DNA from: Mobula hypostoma
Lineage: Eukaryota
NCBI RefSeq assembly: GCF_963921235.1
Contig: NC_086107.1
Location: 98,334,001 to 98,394,000 of the forward strand
Direction: 5' to 3'
Length of the DNA stretch: 60,000 bases
Position 1 is the first letter of the stretch. The number at the start of each line of letters is the position of its first letter. Of the stretch, positions 1 through 12,570 are shown in pieces. The notes below the pieces were generated by a model, which was not told the DNA's origin, made no database searches, and was given only the letters and a program-made list of their open reading frames with translations. The position numbers were made by a program, and so were the translations under genes.

Positions 1-1245
1 GAGGATGTAACTAGTAGAGTGGATAGGGGAGAACCAGTGGATGTGGTATATTTGGATTTTCAAAAGGCTTTTGACAAGGTCCCACACAGGAGATTAGTGT
101 GCAAACTTAAAGCACATGGTATTGGGGGTAAGGTATTGGTGTGGGTGGAGAATTGGTTAGCAGACAGGAAGCAAAGAGTGGGAATAAACGGGACCTTTTC
201 AGAATGGCAGGCGGTGACTAGTGGGGTACCGCAAGGCTCAGTGCTGGGACCCCAGTTGTTTACAATATATATTAATGACTTGGATGAGGGAATTAAATGC
301 AGCATCTCCAAGTTTGCGGATGACACGAAGCTGGGTGGCAGTGTTAGCAGTGAGGAGGATGCTAAGAGGATGCAGGGTGACTTGGATAGGTTGGGTGAGT
401 GGGCAAACTCATGGCAGATGCAATTTAATGTGGATAAATGTGAAGTTATCCACTTTGGTGGCAAAAATAGGAAAACAGATTATTATCTGAATGGTGGCCG
501 ATTAGGAAAAGGGGAGGTGCAACGAGACCTGGGTGTCATTATACACCAGTCATTGAAAGTGGGCATGCAGGTACAGCAGGCGGTGAAAAAGGCGAACGGT
601 ATGCTGGCATTTATAGCGAGAGGATTCGAGTACAGGAGCAGGGAGGTACTACTGCAGTTGTACAAGGCCTTGGTGAGACCACACCTGGAGTATTGTGTGC
701 AGTTTTGGTCCCCTAATCTGAGGAAAGACATCCTTGCCATAGAGGGAGTACAAAGAAGGTTCACCAGATTGATTCCTGGGATGGCAGGTCTTTCATATGA
801 AGAAAGACTGGATGAACTGGGCTTGTACTCGTTGGAATTTAGAAGATTGAGGGGGGATCTGATTGAAACGTATAAGATCCTAAAGGGATTGGACAGGCTA
901 GATGCGGGAAGATTGTTCCCGATGTTGGGGAGGTCTAGAACGAGGGGTCACAGTTTGAGGATAGAGGGGAAGCCTTTTAGGACCGACGTTAGGAAAAACT
1001 TCTTCACACAGAGAGTGGTGAATCTGTGGAATTCTCTGCCACAGCAAACTGTTGAGGCCAGTTCATTAGCTATGTTTAAAAGGAAGTTAGATATGGCCCT
1101 TGTGGCTACAGGGGTCACGGGGTATGGAGGGAAGGCTGGGTTCTGAGTTGGATGATCAGCCATGATCATAATAAATGGCGGTGCAGGCTCGAAGGGCCGA
1201 ATGGCCTACTCCTGCACCTATTTTCTATGTTTCTATGTTTCTATG
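1..1245 (+). mobile_element. CR1 (HER1-like) LINE, young; ORF2 RT C-terminal half plus 3' UTR
   Basis: Uninterrupted ORF 19-1146 with [32 protein letters not shown]; 3' tail (TTTCTATG)n at about 1222-1245. Confidence 0.96.
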
Positions 1246-2083
1246 AAATCTCAGATAGAGTTTGCCAGAAGGCATGTGGGAGACTCTGATGTCAGTTGAA
1301 AGAAGGTTATACGGTCTGATGAAACCACCATCAGACTTAACGCTATGTTTGGCCTAAGACAAACACCGCACATCATCAAAAACACAACATCCCTACCGTG
1401 AAGCATGGTGGTGGCTGCATCGTGCTGTGGGGACGCTTCACTGCAGCAGGCCCTGGAAGGCTTGTGAAGGTGGAGGGTAAAATGAATCCAGCAAATACAG
1501 GGAAATCCTGGAGGAAAACCTGATGCAGTCTGCAAGAGAACTGCGACTTGGGAGAAGATTTGTTTTCCAGCAAGGCAATCACCCCAAGCGTAAAGCCAAA
1601 GCTACGCAAGAATGGCTTAAAAACAACAAAGGTAATGTCCAGGAGTGACAAAATGGAGACCTCAATCCGACTGAGAATTTGTGGCTGGACTTGAAAAGGG
1701 CTGTTCATTCACGATCCCCATGCAATCTGACAGAGCTTGAACAACTTCATAACAAAGAATGGGGAAAAAAATTGCATGTCCTGATGTGCAAAGCTGATAC
1801 AGACCTATCCACACAGACTCAAGGCTGTAATTGCTGCCAAAGGTACATCTACTAAATACTGACTTGAGGGGGGCAAATACTTGTGCAATCAATTATTTTG
1901 TGTTTTAGATTCAAAAATAATTTAGATCACTTTGTAGAGATCTGTTTTCACTTTGACATGAAAAAGTCTTTTACTGTTGATCAGTGTCAAAAAAGCCAAA
2001 TTAAATCCACTGTGATTCAAAGTTGTAAAACAATAAAACATGAAAACTTCCAAGGGAGGTGAATACTTTTTGTAGGCTCTGTA
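1246..2083 (+). mobile_element. Tc1-type transposon 3' half (degenerate transposase plus right IR/DR end)
   Basis: Frameshifted motifs [27 protein letters not shown]; end ...AATACTTTTTGTAGGCTCTG|TA; interrupted at left by the CR1. Confidence 0.85.
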
Positions 2084-2099
2084 GGTATTAAATAGTTAA

Positions 2100-2470
2100 A
2101 CTAAATAAGTACTGCAAAAATAGAAATAAGAAGTGGTGAGGTAGTGTTCATGGGTTCAATGTCCATTCAGAAATCAGATGGCAGAGGGGAAGACGTTGTT
2201 CCTGAATCGTTGAGTGTGAGCCTTCAGACTTCTGTACCTCGTACGTGATGGTAACAGTGAGAACAGGGCATGACCTGGGTGATGGGGGGGGTGTCCTTAT
2301 TGATGGGTGCTGCCTTTTTGAGGCATTGCTCCTTGAAGATGTCCTGGATACTGCAGAGGCAGGTGCCCATGATGGAGCTGGATAAGTTTACAGCTCTCTG
2401 TGCTTACTTCACTCCCGTGCAGTAGCAGCCCCCCCCCCCCATACCGGACAGTGGCGCAGCCAGTTAGAAA
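2100..2470 (-). mobile_element. Rex1/Babar-like LINE 3' fragment
   Basis: Similar to other copies in the window encoding the ...HPGHALFSLLPSGRRYRS... C-terminus. Confidence 0.65.
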
Positions 2471-3002
2471 GACCCGTTTTATTTTGAGATTCTTTTATTT
2501 TTAATCACATGAACAGTGAAAACGCGTGTTTGCATTAACAACTAACACAACCTAAGAAGAACATTGCCACAGATGGCCATCGAGGCCAGGTCAATGGATG
2601 TACTTAAAGTGGAGGTTGATAGGTACTTGATTAGTCAGGGCATCAGTGTTTACGGGGAGAAGACAGGAGAATGGGGTTGAAAGGGGTGATGAATCAGCCA
2701 TGATGGACTGGTGGAGCAGATTCAATGGGCCTGTTAGAGTGAGTTTTTTTGGGTAGATGATTTGTTTACACTTAAATGACTTTGGCCACCAGACTTCTAT
2801 TTGACAAAGTACTGTGGATTGAGTCCACAACAATGCGCTTCCTAAAAAGGTGTGAATACCAGATGCTTCTGGCACCATACTTTCACCTGATGCTGTAGTT
2901 TCGAAGACAGTATTATCTATACATTATAAATATTAATTGTCTTCTATGTTAGCACGTCAAATGCCGTGTAAATCCTAAAGGCTGTGGATACCAACCCAGA
3001 CA

Positions 3003-3267
3003 TGTTGGCGTCGGAAGGAAAGGATGGTGTGATGTTTTGTATGTAGCTTCAATAGGAAGCATTGTCTATGCAGTGTCTGTAACTTTTTAAGTAGCGATTG
3101 CCTTTGTGTTTAGCATGTAAATATTGAGCCCACATTGGGCTAGCAGACCTTTCTTCGGAAAGCGTCTCCATCCGTATGATGCCTGCTGTACGTTGTGTCG
3201 AATAAAGAAGCTGCTTTGTATCTACCAGTGACTCTGTCTCTCCAGTGATTTCATCCACGCTACAACA
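3003..3267 (+). mobile_element. Possible solo LTR
   Basis: TGTTG...CAACA inverted termini, AATAAA at 3201-3206; no clear TSD. Confidence 0.4.
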
Positions 3268-3959
3268 GGGCCGAATGACCAAAGGACATGCCCTCTTCTC
3301 ATTGCTGCCATCAGGGAGGAGGTACAGAGACCTGAAAGACACACTCAGGGATATCAGGAACAGCTTCTTCCCCTCCGCCATTCTAAATGGACTACCTCAC
3401 TACTTCTTTAATCTCCATTTTTGCACTACTGATTTTAACTTGACTATTTAATATACATATGTAAACTCACTGTGATTCAGTTTTTTTTCTATATTTACTG
3501 TATCACGCATTGCATTGTATTGCTGCCACGTTAACAAATTTCATGATGTAGGCCAGTGATATTAAACCTGTCTCTGATTCTGCTCTCTGCCTTACGGTCT
3601 ATTGTCTCGCATGGTGGGGCAGCCTGTACGTGTGGCCACACATTCCAGCAGCAACACAACGTCCCCACCACGTTCACAGAACAACTCAGAACACCGCCAG
3701 CCACAAATTCAAGTTGGAGACTGTTTCCTCAGAACGGAATGTTGCATTTAACAGAGGAGAAGGAGGAGGATGGAATGCTAGACCTGTGAGCCCTAACACT
3801 GCTGTCAGTCAATGTCTATAAACAGTGATCGAATGACAGAGGAATACACCAGGTCAGGCAGTATTTTACTTTTGTGTAATGAGGTCAGGTCCTGATGGGA
3901 TGTACCCCAGGTTATCGAAAGAGGCAAGAGATGAGGATCCCAGGTTATTGAAAGAGGTA

Positions 3960-5155
3960 AGAGGCATTAGCGGCAGACCAATCGATTTGAAGAGAGAGCA
4001 AGAGAGCTTCACATAGGTCAGGGAGAAAAGCTTAAAAAAAGGAGCATTTCCCGGGGCTTGGTGCATTAGCGGTGGACTAATCGATTTGGAGAGGGAGAGG
4101 GAGAGGGAGAGGGAGAGAGGGAGAGAGAGAGCTTTGCACAGGTTGGGGAGCAGAGTCTAAAAAAAGAGTGTCTTGCGGGACTCAGCACGTTAGAATAGTG
4201 GGTATGACTGCGAGGCCAGTTTTCTGTTCTGCGAGTCAGATGTGGGGTGTCCAGGAGAGTTCCAGCCTCCCTGATGGCCACATCTGCACCAAGTGCCTCG
4301 AGCTGCAGCTCCTTAGAGACCGAGTTAGGGAACTGGAGCTGCAGCTCGATGACCTTCGGCTTGTTAGGGAGAGTGAGGAGGTGATAGACAGGAACTACAG
4401 GCAGGTAGTCACCCTGGGGCTGTCCCCTTAACAATAAGTACTCTATTTTGAGGGCTGATGGGGGAGTGGATGACCCACCTGTGGGAAGCAACAGAGGCAC
4501 TGAGTCTGGCCCGGTGGCTCAGAAGGGTAGGGAACGGAAGAGGAGAGCAGCAGTAATAGGGGACTCTATAGTTAGGGGGACAGACAGGCGATTCTGTGGG
4601 CGCGAGAAAGAAAAAAAGATGGTAGTTTGCTTCCCAGGTGCCAGGGTCTGGGATGTTTCTGTGTGCGTCCACAATACCCTGAAATGGGAGGGTGAGCAGC
4701 CAGAGGTCATGGTACATATTGGTACCAATGACATAGGTAGAAAAAGGGTGGAGCTCCTGAAAGCAGAATACAGGAGTTAGGAGGGAAGCTGAGAAGCAGG
4801 TAGTAATCTCGGGATTGCATTGCTGCCTGTGCCACGCAACAGTGAGGATAGGAATGGAGTGAGGTGGAGGATAAATGCGTGGCTGAGGGATTGGAGCAGG
4901 GGGCAGGGATTCAGATTTTTGGATCATTGGGACCTCTTCCGGGGCAGGTGTGACCTGTACAAAAAGGATGGGTTGCACTTGAATCCAAGGGGGACCAATA
5001 TCCTGGCAGGGAGGTTTGCTAATGCCATTGGGCGGTGGGGTGGGAGGTTAAACTAGGTTTGCAGGCGGGTGGGAACCGAAGTAAAGAGGCAGACTGGGGA
5101 GGTTGGAGCACACGTAGAGACAGTTTGTAGGGAGCTTGTGAGGGAGGAAAGGCAG
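3960..5155 (+). mobile_element. CR1 5' part: ORF1 (Zn-finger/leucine zipper plus SGNH esterase domain), disrupted
   Basis: HICTKCLELQLLRDRVRELE, VIGDSIVRG, HIGTNDIG, DGLHLNPRG in ORFs 4168-4431, 4448-4780, 4820-5056. Confidence 0.9.
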
Positions 5156-8100
5156 ATAGAAACATAGAAACATAGAAAACCTACAGCACAATACAGGCCC
5201 TTTAGCCCACAAAGCTGTGCCGAACATGTCCTTACCTTAGAAATTACCTAGGGTTACCCATAGCCCTCTATTTTTCCTAAGCTCCATGTACCTAACCAGG
5301 AGTCTCTTAAAAGACCCTAATGTATCCGCCTCCACCACCGTCGCCGGCAGCCCATTCCACACACTCACCACTCTTTGCGCAAAAAACTTACCCTTGACAT
5401 CTCCTCTGTACCTACTTTTAAAAAATATTTTATTTAATTTTTTTAAAGAAGAAATATAAGGACTCAATTAATACAACAATTAATACATTGAAAAAAATTA
5501 ATTCAAATACATTAATAAGTCCGAGAGAAAGAAAAAGAACATCTATCCCCACACCATCTCCCCGCATTTAGAAAAAAGGAGGGAGAAAAAAAAGCATAAA
5601 AGCTAGAGGAAAGAAAGGAGAGAAGAAAAAAGAAAAAGAGGAGTAGGCATCCAGCTCTCAGTCAGTTTAAAATACAAATGAAAGAAACTAGCTTATAATA
5701 AGGGATATATTAATTTTTAAAAAATTAAAATAAATAGATTAAACAATCTGGGCATTTAAGTAATCCAAATATGGTTGCCAAATCTCAGTGAACATAGTGT
5801 ATCCATTCCTAAGGGTATAAGTAATCTTCTCAAGGGGTATACAACTTTGCATTTTTTTATTCCAGCGATCAATATGTACAAGGGAATTAGATTTCCATGT
5901 TACGGCTATGCATTTCCTGGCCACTGACAACGCAGTTTTAATAAATTTGGATTTATTCCTGGGGAGGTTAACTTTCGAAACTGCTAAGTTCCCCAGAATC
6001 CTCTGTACCTACTTCCAAGCACCTTAAAACTGTGCCCTCTTGTGCTAGCCATTTCAGCCATGGGGAAAAGCCTTTGACTATCCACACGATCAATGCCTTT
6101 CATCATCTTGTACACCTCTGTCAGGTCACCTCTCATCTTCGATCACTCCAAGGAGAAAAGGCCAAGTTCACTTAACCTATTCTCATAAGACATGCTCCCC
6201 CAATCCAGGCAACATCCTTGTAAATCTCCTCTGCACCCTTTCTATGGTTTCCACATCCTTCCTGTAGTGAGGTGACCAGAACTGAGCACAGTACTCCAAG
6301 TGGGGTCTGACCAGGGTCCTATAGAATTGCAACATTACCTCTCGGCTCTTAAACTCAATCCCACAGTTGATGAAGGCCAAGGCACTTTATATGCCTTCTT
6401 AACCACCGAGTCAACCTGCATAGCAGATTTGAGTGTCCTATGGACTTGGACCCCAAGATCCCTCTGATCCTCCACACTGCCAAGAGTCTTACCATTAATA
6501 CTATATTCTGCCATCATATTAGTCACATCCTTAAAAAATTCAATCATGCTCGTAAGGCACGACCTACCTTTCACAAAGCCATGTTGACTATTCCTAATCA
6601 TATTATGCCTCTCCAAATGTTCATAAATCCTGTCTCTCAGGATCTTCTCCATCAATGTACCAACTACTGAAATAAGACTCACTGGTTTATAATTTCCTGG
6701 GCTATCTCTATGCCCTTCCTTGAATAAGGGAACAACATCTGCAACCCTCCAATCCTCCGGAACCTCTCCCGTTCCCATTGATGATGCAAAGATCATCGCC
6801 AGAGGCTCAGCAATCTCCTCCCTCACCTCCCACAGTAGCCTGGGGTACATCTCATCCGGTCCCAGTGACTTATCCAACTTGATGCTTTCCAGAAGCTCCA
6901 GCACATCCTCTTTCTTAATATCTACATGCTCAAACTTTTCAGTCATTGTAAGTCATCCCTACAATTGCCAAGATCCTTTTCCATAGTGAATACTGAAGCA
7001 AAGTATTCATTAAGTACCTCTGCTATCTCTTCCGGTTCCATACACACTTTTCCACTGTCACACTTGATTGGTCCTATTCTCTCACGTCTTATCCTCTTGC
7101 TCTTCACATACTTGTAGAATGCCTTGGGGTTTTCCTTAATCCTGTCTGCCAAGGCCTTCTCATGGCCCCTTCTGGCTCTCCTAATTTCATTCTAAAGCTC
7201 CTTCCTGCTAGCCTTATAATCTTCTAGATCTCTATCATTAGCTAGTTTTTTGAACCTTTTGTAAGCTCTACTCTTCTTCTTGACTAGATTTACAACAGCC
7301 TTTGTACACCATGGTTCCTGTACCCTATCACCTTTTCCCTGACTCATTGGAACGTACCTATGTAGAACCTCACGTAAATATCCCCTGAACATTTGCCACA
7401 TTTCTTCCGTACGTTTCCATGAGAACACCAGTTTCCAGTTTATGCTTCAAAGTCCCTTCCTGATAGCCTCATATTTCCCCTTACTCCAATTAAACACTTT
7501 CCTAACTTGTCTGTTCCTATCCCTCTCCAATGCTATGGTAAAGGAGATAGAATTGTGATCACTATCTCCAAAATGATCTCCCACTGAGAAATCTGACACC
7601 TGACCAGGTTCATTTCCTAATACCAGATCAAGTACAGCCTCTCCTCTTGCAGGCTTATCTACATATTGTGTCAAGAAACCTTCCTGAACACATCTAACAA
7701 ACTCCACCCCATCTAAACCCCTCACTCCAGGAGATGCCAATCGATATTTGGGAAATTAAAATCTCCTACCACAACAACCCTGTTATTATAACTCCTTTCC
7801 AGAATCTGTCTCTCTATCTGCTCCTCCATGTCCCTGTTACTATTGGGTGGTCTATAAAAAACACCCAGTAGAGCTATTGTTCCTAACTTCAACCCACAGA
7901 GACTCTATAGACAATCCCTCCATGTCTTCCTCCTTTTCTACGGCTGTGACACTATCTCTGATCAACAGTGCCACACTCCACCTCTTTTGCCTCTCTCCCT
8001 GTCCTTTCTGAAACATCTAAAACATGGCACTCGAAGTAACCAACCAGTCCTCTCCCTGAGCCATCCAAGTCTCTGTAATGGCCGCAACATCATAGCTGCA

Positions 8101-8826
8101 AGTATTGATCCATGCTCTAAGCTCATCCACTTTGTTCATAATACTCCTTGCATTAAAATAGACACACCTCAAACCATCGGTCTGAGCACGTCCCTTCTCT
8201 ATCACCTGCCTACCTTCCTCCTCGCACTGTCTCCAAGCTTTCTCTATTTGTGAGTCAACCGCCTCTTCCTCCGTCACTTCAGTTTGGTTCCCACCCCACA
8301 GCAATCCTAGTTTAAACTGTCCCCAAAAGCCAGGATATTGGTCCCCTTGGGATTCAAGTGCAACCCGTCCTCTCTGTACAGGTCACACCTGCCCCAAAAG
8401 AGGTCCCAATGATCCAGAAATCTGAATCCCTGCCCTCTACTCCAATCTCTCAGCCACGCATTTATCCTCCACCTCATTCTATTCCTGTACTCACTGTTAC
8501 GTGGCACAGGCAGTATATCCTGAGATTACTACCTTTGTGGTCCTGCTTCTCAGCTTCCTTCCTAACTCCCTGTAGTCTGCTTTCAGGACCTCCTCCTTTT
8601 TCCTACCTATGTCATTGGTACCAATGTGTACCACGACCTCTGGCTGTTCTTCTTCCCACTTCAGGATATTGTGGACATGATCAGAAACATCCCGGACCTT
8701 GGCACCTGGGAGGCAAACTACCATCCGTGTTTCTTTCCTGCATCCACAGAATTGCCTGTCTGACCCCCTAACTATAGACTATCCTATCACTGCTGCCATC
8801 CTCTTCCTGTCCCTACCCTTCTGGGT
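5156..8826 (-). mobile_element. CR1 LINE, internally deleted (ORF1 esterase, APE endonuclease, partial RT)
   Basis: Tail (TTTCTATG)n at about 5156-5178; LDLVLGNEPG/GDSDHN, QHGFVKGRSC, RPHLEYC; RT core deleted near 6520. Confidence 0.92.
5418..5998 (-). mobile_element. 5'-truncated L1/Tx1-type LINE nested in CR1
   Basis: 16-bp TSD TCCTCTGTACCTACTT (5402-5417 and 5999-6014); C-terminus ARKCIAVTWK...LEKITY...IWQPYL; A-rich 3' end. Confidence 0.88.
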
Positions 8827-9025
8827 GAGTGACAGGGCCAGATGTTTTATGTTTCAGAAAAGCTGTAGCAACTCACTCATTGAGCACCAAAAAATTGAAC
8901 TCAAAGGCATGCTAAAAACTCCTTATGTAAATACTTCATCACGTCAGACCAGTCTCTTAAAATGGATCCCCAACTCAATGTTGATGGTTGTGAATTATGT
9001 AATTCCACCAGTTACGTTACCCTAC

Positions 9026-11420
9026 ACACCCCCAGAATTCACTGAAACTGGCATTGTGAGCCTGTTTGGAGTTTGAATGATCCGCCCGGCTCAGGTCCTG
9101 TGTTTCTTGGGTAGAGGTACAGCAAGGTGCCTCTGGCTCGTCCAGAGGTATGTTGACACATTCATGGTCAAGTCGTGATGTCAGGGGCATGGTAGTGGAA
9201 TCCTCCAAATCTTGGTGGGCCAGTTTAAGGCAATCTACTGAAATACCTTCAGGTTTACCCCTCTCACCTATGATAAAAGTCTTTCCTCTCTGTTCCAAAA
9301 CACGGAACAGGCCATTGTAAGGGGGCCTATGGAGATGTTGTTGTGCATAATGGCGGACAAAAACAAACGAGGCGGAATGTAGATTAGCAGGAACCCAAGA
9401 GTGCTGTACGCCATGATGAGAGGTAGCAATAGGTGCAAAGGAATTGAATGCAAAGCAAAGGAGGAGGAGAAGGTGGCGGCGCAACGCAGCGCGTGCGGCC
9501 ACTTCGGTGGTGATGTCTGTTATTTGTCAAGTAGGGGACCGTGCACAATTCTGATTTGATGGAGACAGACTTGAGAGTACGGAGGAACATCTGGAGAAAC
9601 TTCTGAAATGCCCGCTTCGCTGCCACTGTTACTGTCTGGTCTGGAATCTCCGGAGGAGAAGGCTCCAAATCCTCGGCTTTGCGTGTTTCAGCGGCCAGGG
9701 TGGGGTCGAAGCGCTCGGCAGAGGATGGCGCTCAGGAGGCTGTATCGGAAGGGCTGGTTGGAAGCTTGAAGTTTTCGGATGGACGGACTCAGTGTTGGCT
9801 GTGCTCAGGAGCTTCCAAGGCATCGGCAGTTGACGGTGCCTGGAGGTTTATGGCAGGGAGTTTCTCCCTTTTGCCGCCTGCTATCGGGGACTCGGGAGTC
9901 GATCGACTCGGGACTTTGAGACTTTTTTTTTACCGTGCCCATGGTCTGTTCTCCATCAAATTATGGTATTGTTTTGCACTGCTGTAACTATATGTTATAA
10001 TTATATGGTTCTGTCAGTGTTAGTCTTTGGTTTGTCCTGTTTTTCTGTGATATCGCTCTGGAGAAACATTGCATCATTTCTTAATGCATGTATGCATTTC
10101 TAAATGACAATAAACGAGGACTGAGTGTTCTCATAATCTAATCTAATTCACTGCACACTGTTGAAAGGCCGACCGGGTAGTCGTAGCATTAGGAATGAGA
10201 TCACCTGACACTCGTAACACCTGTCCATACACCAGCTCAGCCACGGGCGAGTACAGGTCTTCTTCTGGAACTGTTTCGAGCCCCAGCAGGACCCACGGGA
10301 GACGATCATGCTGACACCCATCGGTCAGGGGGGACCCTCAAAGTAGACCTTAAGGAGCAGTGAAGCTGCTCGCACAAGCCATTGGACTGCAGGTGACTCG
10401 CCGTGGTGTGACGTAGCCTAACGCTGAGGATCGGCCTTCGCAGCCCGGAGGTCTGATATGAATTAGAAATACCAGATGGGGTGCCTAACCGAGCAACCCA
10501 GGAGATGGTGCTGATAAACGCCAAAGCCATGTTGGCGGCCTTCATCGATGCTAGAGGGATGACCGCTGGCCACCCGGTGCTACAGTCCACTGTGGTAAAG
10601 AAGTACGTGAAGCCACAGGTGGTGAGGGAGGGGGAACGAGGTCCACATTGACATCGTCAAACTGCCTCTCAGGGACCTCAAAAGGTGCCAATGGTGCCTG
10701 GGCCTGATGGCTAATATCTTCCCACTGGCACTCAACGCAGGCTGCAGTCCAATCACGCATGTCCTTTCTAAGGCCGTGCCACCCAAACTTTAGAGCAGTC
10801 AGTTTCTGTAAAGCCTTCTGGCCCAGATGCAAAAGGCCATGTATGGAGTGGGAAACAGCCCACCTCCAGTTTGTGGGCATGATGTGGTGAGAGCGACCAG
10901 TTGCGACATCGCACAGGAGAGAAACCCCAGCTTCCCCAAGCTTAATGTCAGCCAACAGCAGGCCTGTACTGCTGTTTTATAAGCCTAGACCTCTGGGTCA
11001 GTAGTTTGGTCAGCTGCCATGCTGGCATAGCCAACCCTTATGCGTACAGCCTCCACATTATTATTCCCCATGATATGCTCTATATCCATTGTGAACTCGG
11101 ATATGTAGGCCAGGTGGTGATGCTGCTGTGCAGACCAAGGGTCTGATATTTTGGCATTTGAGTGCGACGAGGGGTTTGTGTTCAATGAGTGCTGTGAAAC
11201 GGCAACACTCTGAAAGAAAACGAAAATGGCGGACAGCCAGATAAAGACCAAGATGCTCGCGGTCAAACGTGCTGTACTTCCTTTAGCAGGGTCAATAATC
11301 AATCTGTGTTGGCTTAAGTTCTCTAAAAGTTTGCGGAGATGGGATACGTGCTTGGATTTGGATGCACTGGTGACAAGTATGTCACCCAGGTAAACCAAAA
11401 GAAAATCTAAGTCGGTTAAT
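9026..11420 (-). mobile_element. Degenerate Gypsy LTR-retrotransposon pol remnant (RT, RNase H, integrase)
   Basis: VYLGDILV, LYLAVRHFRF...HKPL, HHLAYISEF, WHGLRKDMRDWTAACVECQ, HTTASHLQSNGLCE; G-run PPT-like site near 9029-9033. Confidence 0.85.
9460..10147 (+). mobile_element. Non-coding CpG-rich insertion with Rex1-like tail (putative non-autonomous retroposon)
   Basis: Interrupts the Gypsy remnant; begins near AAGGTGGCGGCG, ends ATGACAATAAA...(AATCT)n. Confidence 0.55.
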
Positions 11421-11789
11421 ACGGAGTCTACCAGCCATACAGTGGGTGTGTTTATGTCTGGGCCTTGCTGACCAGGCTTATTGTGTTACAGAAAGGATGG
11501 GGAATGATGCACCACTGCCTGGCCTAGTGTAGACTATCAGCCATTTTAACAAGCTCGCTATAGTTCTTTATGGGCTATGTGAGCTTGATCAGGCATTTGC
11601 CGCATGAAGAGTTCTTCAAAAATAAAAAAAAAGAATGGTGATTTCCTAGGAGAGACAGCATGTGGTCCATTAGATCCGAAGGCCCAGCATCACTGAGGCC
11701 AGGCAAGGAGAGCGACTGTTTGGTATGCTCAGACTCTGACAGTCCAGAAGTTTGTAAAGGTGAGATTTCAGTGATTGGTATTTATCGTA

Positions 11790-12297
11790 TTCACAGTTGT
11801 CTTAGTCTATTACTGCAAGTGCTCCTCTGTTCAGCCAAGGTGGCATTCAGAGGGTGAGAAGCATTGTCCAGAATTGCCAGGATTCTCCATAGTGTCCTTT
11901 GTTCTACCACAGCCTCCAGTGTGTCCAGTTTGACCCCTATAACAGAGCCAGCCTTTCTAGCCAGTTTATTGAGCCTGTTGGCATCACCCGTGTTGATGGC
12001 ATTGCCCCAGAACACAAATAGAAGATTGTACTGGCAACAACAGACTGGTAGTTCATGTAAAGGAGAGGCCTACATACTTCAAATGACCTCAGTGTCCTTG
12101 GGAAGTAGAGGTGACTCTGGCCCTCCTTGTACACAGTCTCTGTGTTGGTGCTCCGCTCAAGTCTGTCATCCAGGTGCACCCCCAGGTACTTCTGGGTCCT
12201 CACCATCCATAGTAACTGGGAGCGGTGCACGCTTAGTCTTCCTAAAGTCCATCACCATCTCCTTTGTCTTACTAATGTTGAGCTGCAGGTGATTCAG
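11790..12297 (-). mobile_element. Rex1/Babar LINE RT C-terminal fragment
   Basis: HLQLNISKTKEMVMDFRK, KYLGVHLDDRL. Confidence 0.8.
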
Positions 12298-12304
12298 CTT
12301 ATAG

Positions 12305-12570
12305 CATTTAACAGTGCAAAATAGGCCCTTCCAGCCCTTCGAACTGCACCACCCAGCAATCCCCTGATTTAATCCTAGCCCAATCACAGGACACTTTACC
12401 ATGACCAATCAACCGACGTCTTTGGACTGTGGGAGGAAACCAGAGCACCCGGAGGAAACCCATGCGGTCACGGGGAGAACGTACAAACTCCTTACAGCAG
12501 CGGCGGGAAATGAACCCGGGTCTCCTGTACTGTAAAGCCTTGTGCTAACCACTATGCTACTGCGCCTCCC
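12305..12570 (-). mobile_element. HE1-like V-SINE
   Basis: tRNA-like head (TAGCATAGTGG...GGTTCATTTCCC), V-domain GTTCTCCCCGTGACCGCATGGGTTTCCTCCGGGTGCTC, CR1-like tail. Confidence 0.85.

Noticed and set aside
4448..5056. Host GDSL/SGNH lipase gene
   Set aside because: It is the esterase domain of CR1 ORF1, disrupted here and repeated at about 8300-8826
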